From a virus (lineage: Duplodnaviria; Heunggongvirae; Uroviricota; Caudoviricetes), in the IMG/VR virus record IMGVR_UViG_2681813314_000007: a DNA stretch of 8,537 bases, one strand, 5' to 3'. A program made the position numbers and the translations under genes. This document shows positions 1-6,191 of the stretch, in pieces; positions within the stretch are counted from its first letter, which is position 1; every line of letters starts with the position of its first letter. Under the pieces are notes generated by a model that did no database searches, was not told the DNA's origin, and saw nothing but the letters and a program-made list of their open reading frames with translations.

Positions 1-124
1 GGCAGAAGCAGAAAAAGCTTATTATGCTTCCATCGGAAACGATGATCTGGCAGCCTGAGTTCACAGATAAAACACTCTCCAGGAAACCCGGGGCGGTTCA
101 CATATTGAAGAGTATAAACCTTAC

Positions 125-152
125 ATGTTGATTACATTTTTGTAATCAACAT
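125..152. repeat. Perfect 12-bp inverted repeat ATGTTGATTACA-tttt-TGTAATCAACAT (hairpin or protein-binding palindrome)
   Basis: Read directly: 125-136 is the exact reverse complement of 141-152, with a 4-nt spacer. No clean U-tract follows on either strand, so a role as intrinsic terminator is uncertain. Confidence 0.5.
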
Positions 153-378
153 CCTGTTTGGAATAGCCAGCCTTTAATGGATAACTATTTCTGACAATGC
201 AATGAGTATAATCAAGTCCATCTTCCACTGAGAATTAGAGGCGGCATGCTTTTTCCGGCTCTTGCCGGATATCCGTAATTGTCCATAATCTGCAGATTTA
301 TACCTTCTGCATGACCTGTCAGCGAAAATTTGTCCGGTGTTTCTACGGGAATGACATCAAAAGTTACACGCACTCGCG

Positions 379-690
379 TTACCGTGTAGACCTACTTTCC
401 TGCACTTGCAAGATCACAGTGGTGTAACCGTAACAGGAATTTATTCTCTGGACCGGCAGTAAATCCCTGAGTGGCGTGGTTCCCATATCAATTTCCCGCC
501 AGGCAGCCTCCATTGCCAGCGTACAGGCTGGAGCCATGACCTGCCCTTTAAATCTGGCCCGACCATCCCACCGGACGTGTTCTTCTCCCCTGAACTTAGG
601 TACAGTCATCTCCAGTGGCACAAAAGTGTCAGCGCCATAATTTTTGACCGTTATCGCGCTACGGATATTTTGTTGACTGGTGAAAATCAC
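379..690 (-). CDS. Hypothetical ORF (GTG start), possibly a decayed gene remnant
   Basis: 103-codon ORF in the track. Composition is unusual (rich in W, R, C), there is no convincing SD, and no family is recognised. A second frame continues open from about 391 down to 212 (VTFDVIPVETPDKFSLTGHAEG...), consistent with a frameshifted remnant. Confidence 0.25.
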   Translation of the reverse strand: MIFTSQQNIRSAITVKNYGADTFVPLEMTVPKFRGEEHVRWDGRARFKGQVMAPACTLAMEAAWREIDMGTTPLRDLLPVQRINSCYGYTTVILQVQESRSTR

Positions 691-819
691 CCCGCAGAAT
701 CAGGCTTATTCCCTTAACCTGGGCTTTCATCCTGACCGCCGCCTCACTACGACCAATCAGACTGCCGATGCATTTTACCTTCATTGTTAGTATCATGATT
801 TCAGGCCTGCACCATCCGC

Positions 820-1554
820 TCATTGCCCGGACTTCCGACAAATCCCGGCAACCATATCCCGGTGCTTGTTCAGCTCCCGCAGCGCGGCGCAGACTCGCTC
901 CCACTTCTGGACATGATTCTTCGCCCTACGCAGTTCGCGATTTGCCATATGCAGCGATGGCAAAATCAAATCATCTTCTCGCGTTGCAGTAAACGATGGC
1001 AGCGACTGCACAATGTCCGCCACAGTTTCTGTTTTAATATCTTCCTGTGTTGCATCTTTCTGTACCGGTAACGCAACACCGGCTGGCTGAGGAAAGGCTT
1101 TACCATCGGTTTCCGCTACCGATTCAACTTTCGGCTCTGCTGGTAAATTATCACCTGGTATGCAGTAACGAATTTTACCGTTCTGGTTTACGCGAATCAG
1201 ACGACCTTTGCTGATTGCCATTGCCAGCGTTGAAGCAACTTTGCGGGATGTTGTACCGAACAGCGTAGCCAGTTCATCCGCCGTTTGTGGTCCGCGTTGT
1301 TCAATCGTCGCGGTTAAATCGCACTCTGAGATTTTCGCTTCTGTTGCCGTGGTGGTTTCTTCTGGCGCTGGCTGTTCCTGCTGAACGTTGTTATCAGCCA
1401 CACGCCAGGTGTATACGCTTTTATCAACGAAGCCAGCCTTTTTCAGTTCCCACAGCTCGTTCAGTACTTCTTCACGACTGATATCAAGTCGCGCAGCCAG
1501 CTCTACCGACGTGGCTTTTCCCATCGCTTTCAGTGCGTCAAAAACAGTCTCCAT
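820..1554 (-). CDS. Conserved prophage protein with winged-helix-like N-terminus (DUF1627-like), downstream of replication genes
   Basis: 244-aa ORF with SD GGGAGG about 6 nt upstream of the ATG at 1554. It is co-oriented with, and 33 nt downstream of, the P-like gene. The N-terminus ([27 protein letters not shown]) looks like a wHTH. Family name is from memory. Confidence 0.7.
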   Translation of the reverse strand: METVFDALKAMGKATSVELAARLDISREEVLNELWELKKAGFVDKSVYTWRVADNNVQQEQPAPEETTTATEAKISECDLTATIEQRGPQTADELATLFGTTSRKVASTLAMAISKGRLIRVNQNGKIRYCIPGDNLPAEPKVESVAETDGKAFPQPAGVALPVQKDATQEDIKTETVADIVQSLPSFTATREDDLILPSLHMANRELRRAKNHVQKWERVCAALRELNKHRDMVAGICRKSGQ

Positions 1555-1587
1555 AAATTTCCTCCCGGTAAAAAATCACTTCTCAAC

Positions 1588-2253
1588 TCAAACAAAACCA
1601 GCCGCTTTCCGGCGTTCATATTCCTGTTTCAGCAACTCAATTGGCGTTGGCCCCGACGGGCGTTTGGGGGCCGCCAGTTGTCGCCGGACTGGCGGAACGC
1701 TCAGGCCGTTACTAACATGCTTTGCCCATTTCGTCAGTTGCCGTTCTGCAAGCCGTTTTAATTCCCCTTCGGTCATCTGGCGCTCAATCCCCTTTGAACG
1801 CATCTCGAGGCAAATGTGATACAGCACAGGCTGAGACCACGGGTACTTATCACTTCCGTCGTATCGCCAGGACTCATTGCGCCAGCGGCGGTACTCCTCC
1901 ATCACAGCATCCACCGTCAGACCGAATGGATTGGCTCCGCTTTTCGAAATCAGTGCCACAAACTCAGCCAGGTCCGGAGGCCATGTTTCACCCGCCCGGC
2001 AGCGGTCCATGCACTGGCGGCAGACCTGCCGGATTTGCTGCTCAGTCATCGCGCCAATCTGTGCAATCCAGAGCTTCGAAGGTGCGGCCCCGTTCTTCTG
2101 GATCCAGCGGTTCGAATAAACCACCCCCATGAGTTCCCACAGCTTCCAGGCCGTTTCCGTCGCTGATAAATCCGTTTTCACGTTCCCACTGCTCACGTGC
2201 TGCCCGAATTTCCTGAACTGCCCGTGATGCGGTGCCACCTGGTGCTGCTGCAT
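1588..2253 (-). CDS. Replication protein P-like (lambda P family helicase loader)
   Basis: 221-aa ORF. The middle and C-terminus resemble lambda P (YPW...TDAELRRKA-type segment; C-terminal basic tail ending G-F/S-V). Strong SD AAAGGGG 6 nt upstream of the ATG at 2253. This start overlaps the O-like ORF by 212 nt; alternative starts at 2130 or 2049 would reduce the overlap but lack a comparable SD. Confidence 0.8.
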   Translation of the reverse strand: MQQHQVAPHHGQFRKFGQHVSSGNVKTDLSATETAWKLWELMGVVYSNRWIQKNGAAPSKLWIAQIGAMTEQQIRQVCRQCMDRCRAGETWPPDLAEFVALISKSGANPFGLTVDAVMEEYRRWRNESWRYDGSDKYPWSQPVLYHICLEMRSKGIERQMTEGELKRLAERQLTKWAKHVSNGLSVPPVRRQLAAPKRPSGPTPIELLKQEYERRKAAGFV

Positions 2254-3082
2254 GGTTTACCCCTTTGCTGACTGGTTTAACCTGCGCCCTGACGTGATTT
2301 ACGTGACGGGCGAATTTCTGCTCCCACTGAATCTGCGTAAACACTTTCCCCTCCGCTGCCCAGTAGTCCCGGAAGGCGGCAAGTTCAGCAGGTGTAAATT
2401 CTGTCTCCGGCAAAGCCATCCCCCACAACGCAGCCCGTCGTCGAAAATCCCGTGACGGATACCAGCTATCGCTCATCGGGAATTTTCCGATGGGTTCGCT
2501 CAGGCCATACAGGAATACAGGGGGGGCTGCCTGTAACGACAAAACTTCCTGCTCACTGGTCGGAGCACTCTCGCGTGCGTTATGTGTGGGGTTTAGATCT
2601 TTGGGTTCCTTTGGGTTCCGTGATCCGTTTTTGGGTGTCTTTGATGGAAAATTTGGGTGTCTTTGGTTATTTTCCATGCAGCTAAGAGTTCTGTTTTTGG
2701 GTCTGTTTTGTGCTGAAACATAACCATTTTCGGTACTGTTTTTATTAACAGCACCAATTTTACCCACCTTTAAAGACTCCCGTTTTTGGGTGTATTCAGG
2801 CTCGGCAACACTTTCTTCTACACCGATAAGTCGGTACACCACAATTTGCTTTGTTCTGCCTTTTCTCTCACCGGTATCAACAATTAACCCAATCTCCATC
2901 AGGTGTCGTAAGCTGTCCTGCACAGTCTTTTTGTTCAGTTCCGTTACTTCTGCCAGTGCAGATACAGACGGGTATGCACACAAATCGGCACCGCACATAT
3001 CAGCAAGCCAGGTCAATACTGACTTACTGGATGAACTGCCGGTTTTCACCTTTTTAGCCCATCGTAGTGCATCGATACTCAT
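2042..3082 (-). CDS. Replication initiator O-like protein: N-terminal HTH DNA-binding domain, low-complexity linker, DnaT-like C-terminal domain
   Basis: Start chosen at the internal ATG 3080-3082 (MSIDALRWAKK...), which has SD CAGGGG 5 nt upstream; the track's longer ORF would overlap the upstream gene by about 100 nt. The C-terminal region (PIGKFPMSDSWYPSRDFRRRAALWGMALPE...FRDYWAAEGKVFTQIQWEQKFARH) resembles the primosomal DnaT C-terminal domain. The linker is encoded by the iteron array. Confidence 0.8.
   Translation of the reverse strand: MSIDALRWAKKVKTGSSSSKSVLTWLADMCGADLCAYPSVSALAEVTELNKKTVQDSLRHLMEIGLIVDTGERKGRTKQIVVYRLIGVEESVAEPEYTQKRESLKVGKIGAVNKNSTENGYVSAQNRPKNRTLSCMENNQRHPNFPSKTPKNGSRNPKEPKDLNPTHNARESAPTSEQEVLSLQAAPPVFLYGLSEPIGKFPMSDSWYPSRDFRRRAALWGMALPETEFTPAELAAFRDYWAAEGKVFTQIQWEQKFARHVNHVRAQVKPVSKGVNHAAAPGGTASRAVQEIRAAREQWERENGFISDGNGLEAVGTHGGGLFEPLDPEERGRTFEALDCTDWRDD
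2600..2797. repeat. Candidate prophage replication origin: iteron array TTTGGGT(G/T)(T/C) x6 plus a 70-bp AT-rich segment, inside the O-like gene
   Basis: Read directly. Core copies start at 2600, 2610, 2630, 2652, 2696 and 2785. The 14-nt TTTGGGTGTCTTTG occurs at 2630-2643 and 2652-2665. AT-rich stretch at 2711-2780. Architecture parallels the lambda origin, which lies inside gene O. Confidence 0.6.
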
Positions 3083-3605
3083 ACGAACCCCTGGCAGACA
3101 TTTGTTTATCTGCAAAGTAATATTGGTATTGCTGACGATACGCGTGCTTGAAAGCAATAGCTTTTTCTATAAGCTCGTCAGTCTCACGTTCCACAACAAC
3201 TGGATCCGCAAAAAGCAGCCCGGACTCCACCACATCGCCATATTCTTTGTTTAACCCGGCGATCATGTACGTAATGCTTTTTCCGTCAGTAATTTCACAA
3301 TACAATCTGAAATCGCTGATCCGGATAGCCTCCATAATTGCCGGAATCAGCGCCGTGAATTTGTCACGCTTATCTCTGGTGTCGATAGCTTTCCAGCGTT
3401 CGAATATCTTCACCCGGTTAACGCCCAGCGCCCGTTGATCAACCTCGCCATCATTAAACGTGACGCGTTGAACATCGATGTTCGGGCGTTCTTTCAGAGC
3501 CCAGAATGCTTCCGTGATTAATATCGTCGCCTGCTCCTGTGTCATTCCTGGTCGGCATACCCAGGTATCCAGAGCCTCACAAACCTGTTCAGTGGTGATT
3601 TTCAT
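3054..3605 (-). CDS. YdaT-family protein (occupies the cII position between the Cro-like and O-like genes)
   Basis: 183-aa ORF. Its start overlaps the dicC-like stop by 17 nt, suggesting translational coupling. An internal motif (DKFTALIPAIMEAIR) resembles YdaT-family proteins of Rac-type prophages. Family assignment is from memory. Confidence 0.7.
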   Translation of the reverse strand: MKITTEQVCEALDTWVCRPGMTQEQATILITEAFWALKERPNIDVQRVTFNDGEVDQRALGVNRVKIFERWKAIDTRDKRDKFTALIPAIMEAIRISDFRLYCEITDGKSITYMIAGLNKEYGDVVESGLLFADPVVVERETDELIEKAIAFKHAYRQQYQYYFADKQMSARGSYEYRCTTMG

Positions 3606-3816
3606 TGTTCAACCGCCCCGCCCGCTTTGCCTTACGATATTCGTCATAAACTTTGGGGTCGTACTGAAGTTCCCCGCCGGATGCCTCTTGCAGGCGCATC
3701 GCGCGACCTTCAGGAACCAGTTCCCCCCATGCAGCAACGCTTGCCAGCCTAACTCCTGCGACATTGGCAAGCTTTGTTTTGCTGCCAAAAAACGCTATAG
3801 CATCAATTTTCAACAT
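3589..3816 (-). CDS. dicC: DicC-like Cro-type regulator
   Basis: 75 aa, divergent from the dicA-like gene. SD AAGGGG 6 nt upstream of the ATG. Sequence (MLKIDAIAFFGSKTKLA...GRLNNENHH) matches my recollection of DicC. Confidence 0.8.
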   Translation of the reverse strand: MLKIDAIAFFGSKTKLANVAGVRLASVAAWGELVPEGRAMRLQEASGGELQYDPKVYDEYRKAKRAGRLNNENHH

Positions 3817-3892
3817 ATCGAACCCCTTAGATTTTCCTAAGGAAACTAGATCGTAGAGAAACCTAAGTCAAGAAAAATTAGAATTACCTAAT
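3817..3892. promoter_or_regulatory. Divergent promoter/operator region of the dicA-like/dicC-like switch
   Basis: Perfect palindrome CCTTAG-attttc-CTAAGG at 3825-3842, with further TTAG/CTAAG half-sites at 3862-3868 and 3878-3892. Leftward promoter candidate on the minus strand: -35 TTGACT (3871-3866), 17-bp spacer, -10 TAGTTT (3848-3843). Rightward candidate: -10 TAGAAT at 3879-3884, only 8 nt before the dicA-like ATG. Confidence 0.55.
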
Positions 3893-4300
3893 ATGAAAAA
3901 CGAAACCTTCGGTGCTCGCCTCTTATACAGGCGAAAAAAATTAAAACTGTCTCAGGCCGCATTAGGTAAGCTGGTCAAAGTGGCTCACGTAACAATTTCT
4001 CAATGGGAAAGAGATGAAACACAGCCAGCGGGGAAGAGATTATTCGCACTGAGCCAGGCGCTTCAGTGCTCGCCGACTTGGCTTCTTTTTGGAGATGAAG
4101 ATAAGCAACCAGGCGAACCGATCCCAGATAATCAGCCAGTCAATCTGACAGAAGATCAAAAAGAGTTGCTTCAACTGTTCGACGCACTGCCTGAGTCAGA
4201 GCAAAAGGCTCTGTTGTCAGAGATGCGTGCTCGAGTTGAGAATTTCAACAAACTTTTTGAAGAACTACTCAAAGCTCGCAAAAGAAGCGCAAATAAATAA
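3893..4300 (+). CDS. dicA: DicA-like repressor (Xre-family HTH; CI analogue of Qin-type prophages)
   Basis: 135 aa. N-terminal HTH (LSQAALGKLVKVAHVTISQWERDE). Strong resemblance to E. coli DicA, including the ...FALS.ALQCSPTWLLFGDEDKQP... and ...MRARV.NFNKLFEELLKAR... segments. Confidence 0.9.
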   Translation: MKNETFGARLLYRRKKLKLSQAALGKLVKVAHVTISQWERDETQPAGKRLFALSQALQCSPTWLLFGDEDKQPGEPIPDNQPVNLTEDQKELLQLFDALPESEQKALLSEMRARVENFNKLFEELLKARKRSANK

Positions 4301-4373
4301 CCCCCCTTTTTTTCGCAACTCTCTGTAATAAAAAGCACAAACTTTCAAATACTTGTGTTTTTTACATCAAGAA

Positions 4374-4429
4374 GCTTAGGTTTTTCTACACAAAAAGCTT
4401 GACCATAACTCTTAGGCTATTCTAAATTC
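4374..4429 (+). promoter_or_regulatory. Putative early promoter of the dicB-type operon, with operator-like TTAG-N(5-7)-CTA(A) motifs
   Basis: -35 TTGACC (4399-4404), 18-bp spacer, -10 TAAATT (4423-4428). Operator-like motifs gcTTAGGtttttCTA (4374-4388) and cTTAGGctattCTAAAt (4412-4427) resemble the 3825-3842 palindrome and overlap the spacer and -10. Confidence 0.45.
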
Positions 4430-4507
4430 TACTCATCAAGACACCGCACGGTGTTCTCAGCAAACAGTTCCGCTACCCGGCGTTAAGGGGAAGCAGAGGA
4501 TTTCTCA

Positions 4508-4864
4508 GTGGGCGAAGTCAAACATCAGAATGGAAGGCGTCCAGGGATCAGCAAAGAAACAGCGATGGCGCTTTATATTGATATCAGCGCCATTGCCGGA
4601 CAGGTAAGAGTTATCAGAGCGGTAACTAAGCGGTATGCGCCTTTACTTCAGAAAGTCTCTGGTGAGTGCACCGAAGATATTGTCAACGATTTCGTCATCG
4701 AACTGCGAGGACTCATCTTCAGTTACAAGGTGACCACAATTTTTGCAGATGGCTCCCGCGAAACTGTCAGAGCCCTGCGGCTTAAAGGATGTGTCAAAGA
4801 CTTAGCCACCACATTCTGGGCAAGAAAACTTGATTGTATTCATAACCAATTTCCTCTCGAGTAA
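4508..4864 (+). CDS. Hypothetical early-operon protein (GTG start; alternative ATG at 4565)
   Basis: 118-codon ORF. SD-like AGAGGA 7 nt upstream of GTG 4508. First ORF downstream of the putative promoter. No family recognised. Confidence 0.5.
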   Translation: MGEVKHQNGRRPGISKETAMALYIDISAIAGQVRVIRAVTKRYAPLLQKVSGECTEDIVNDFVIELRGLIFSYKVTTIFADGSRETVRALRLKGCVKDLATTFWARKLDCIHNQFPLE

Positions 4865-4936
4865 CAGACCCCTCAGAGGATACCACCTCGCCTGACGTGG
4901 TTAAAAAGCAGGCAACGCTAACCACAAGGAGCCGAC

Positions 4937-5155
4937 ATGCAGAAACGAGACCCCGTCATCATCGCGCCAGACTATACCGATGATGAACTTTATGAGTGGA
5001 TGCACCAGAAAATTAAGGCGGTGCAGGACCTGAAATGGGCCAATGAAGCCAGGGCTAAGCAGGCTGAAAATCTGTCCGCTCTGGAGCAGGATATCACCAA
5101 TCTGGAAAAAGCAGCGGCATTAAGCATTGCCAGAATGATTACATACCCACGTTAA
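4937..5155 (+). CDS. ydfC: YdfC-like small prophage protein
   Basis: 72 aa. Strong SD AAGGAG 6 nt upstream of the ATG. Length and position (between the dicA-like gene and dicF) match ydfC of the Qin dicB operon. The name is assigned by synteny and memory, not by a search. Confidence 0.7.
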   Translation: MQKRDPVIIAPDYTDDELYEWMHQKIKAVQDLKWANEARAKQAENLSALEQDITNLEKAAALSIARMITYPR

Positions 5156-5177
5156 TAGCTAACCAACGAGGCTAATA

Positions 5178-5585
5178 ATGGAATTTAAAGATTTACCAAC
5201 GCCATTACAGGAAATGGCATCGAATATAGTTCGTTCACAACTGGCTACTCTTGACCTTAGTACCGCAGAAAAAGAAACCATCGATAATATGGTTCGTAAT
5301 GTGCGCAATGCTTTTTCTGGGCTATATGGTTCTGATAATCAAAAGCAGGAAAGCGATGTTAATAAACGGGTAATTTCTGTTTGCGTGAATGGCCATGTTC
5401 TTTCATCAATCAAAACAGAAACGGCGACAGTCTTCGATTGCCTTTGCATTGTACAGAGCCTTGTTGATGCCCTGTTTCGTTCAGTGAATTTAGAAAATGA
5501 TGCAAATCTGCGAGGGCGCATAATAGCACATCCATATGCACATACTTTAGGCTCTGTGGATATCAAAGATCCCACAAATCTTTAA
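5178..5585 (+). CDS. Hypothetical protein, AT-rich accessory (moron-like) gene
   Basis: 135 aa. SD GAGG 6 nt upstream of the ATG. Markedly more AT-rich than flanking prophage genes. No recognisable domain and no predicted TM segment. Confidence 0.65.
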   Translation: MEFKDLPTPLQEMASNIVRSQLATLDLSTAEKETIDNMVRNVRNAFSGLYGSDNQKQESDVNKRVISVCVNGHVLSSIKTETATVFDCLCIVQSLVDALFRSVNLENDANLRGRIIAHPYAHTLGSVDIKDPTNL

Positions 5586-5796
5586 TGAAATAGTTAACGC
5601 GAATTGTACTTGCTCTTTCGGTTGCTTTCAGAATACGCGTTGAAACTGCTGGCGGTAATTTGGTATTCCATTTATTAAAATCATGCCCGGGAAAGTACTC
5701 TTCGAAAATACTTTTAACTGCAGACTCGCCTATTGAAATGCTGCTTACCATGCGATTTTGATAAAGGCATTTAGCAATAAGAGTTGATTTTAACAT
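5563..5796 (-). CDS. Hypothetical small protein, convergent with and overlapping the 3' end of the 135-aa gene
   Basis: 77 aa. Strong SD AGGAGG 4 nt upstream of the ATG (5794-5796). It is the only long open frame across an AT-rich stretch where stops should be frequent by chance. Overlaps the 135-aa gene by 23 nt. Confidence 0.5.
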   Translation of the reverse strand: MLKSTLIAKCLYQNRMVSSISIGESAVKSIFEEYFPGHDFNKWNTKLPPAVSTRILKATERASTIRVNYFIKDLWDL

Positions 5797-6129
5797 TCAC
5801 CCTCCTGAGGGTTGGTAATTAAGGAGTTCTCCACGGGTGAAGTGGAGTGCGTGCGCCGGACACGGGTGAACATCCGGCACTGACAGTTTACTGAAAGGAT
5901 ATTTCTCTGAAAAGTCAGACCATAACGCGAAAGCGCACGGCGAGGTAGCTGGTTCATAGATAGCCTGTCGTTAAATTTTCGTCGACCGTGCGCTTCCGGT
6001 TGTGGCAATCCGCGAAATGGCGCGGCGGTAAGTATGGAGGGGTTATTCCTTCCCCGTTGAGGACACCGGGTTGTCAGGTTGACCATACGCTTAAGTGACA
6101 ACCCCGCTGCAACGCCCTCTGTTATCAAT

Positions 6130-6187
6130 TTTCTGGTGACGTTTGGCGGTATCAGTTTTACTCCGTGACTGCTCTGCCGCCCTTTTT
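6130..6187 (+). ncRNA. dicF: DicF small RNA (53 nt plus terminator U-tract)
   Basis: The sequence TTTCTGGTGACGTTTGGCGGTATCAGTTTTACTCCGTGACTGCTCTGCCGCCC followed by TTTTT matches my recollection of E. coli DicF. GC stem GGCGG (6145-6149) / CCGCC (6177-6181) precedes the T-run. Sits immediately upstream of dicB, as in Qin. Confidence 0.85.
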
Positions 6188-6191
6188 AAAG

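Noticed and set aside
2-58. Possible 3' end of a plus-strand gene entering from the left edge (frame ending ...AEAEKAYYASIGNDDLAA, stop at 56-58)
   Set aside because: Only 18 codons are visible, and the minus strand is also open over the same bases, so neither direction can be supported.
379-690. Fimbrial-subunit-like motif (F-K-G-x-V-x-x-x-x-C...I-D-x-G) in the 103-aa ORF
   Set aside because: The match is a loose pattern only. There is no signal peptide, no C-terminal beta-strand motif and the composition is implausible, so this is most likely chance.
1722-2166. Plus-strand track ORFs 1722..2132, 1816..2166 and 1877..2119
   Set aside because: They lie antisense within the P-like and O-like genes, have Arg/Pro/Ser-rich composition typical of antisense frames, and lack an RBS.
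2600-2797. Short direct repeats that could be mistaken for a CRISPR array
   Set aside because: The repeats are 9-14 nt, irregularly spaced, lie inside a coding region and sit next to an AT-rich block. This is iteron/origin architecture, not repeat-spacer architecture.
2252-3438. Plus-strand track ORFs 2252..2455, 2452..2685, 2490..2723, 2790..3254, 2851..3057 and 3148..3438
   Set aside because: All are antisense to the well-supported O-like and YdaT-like genes and have low-complexity, Cys/Phe/Leu-rich translations.
3478-3840. Plus-strand 120-aa ORF overlapping the YdaT-like and dicC-like genes
   Set aside because: It is antisense to two homology-supported genes and would cross the operator region.
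4301-4313. C6-T7 run immediately after the dicA-like stop as an intrinsic terminator
   Set aside because: There is no upstream G-rich partner to form a stem with the C-run, so it is not a canonical hairpin terminator.
5790-6128. 112-aa minus-strand ORF over the structured GC-rich region
   Set aside because: The translation is Arg-rich with no RBS, and the region is better explained as structured RNA leader. GC-rich sequence commonly yields spurious open frames.
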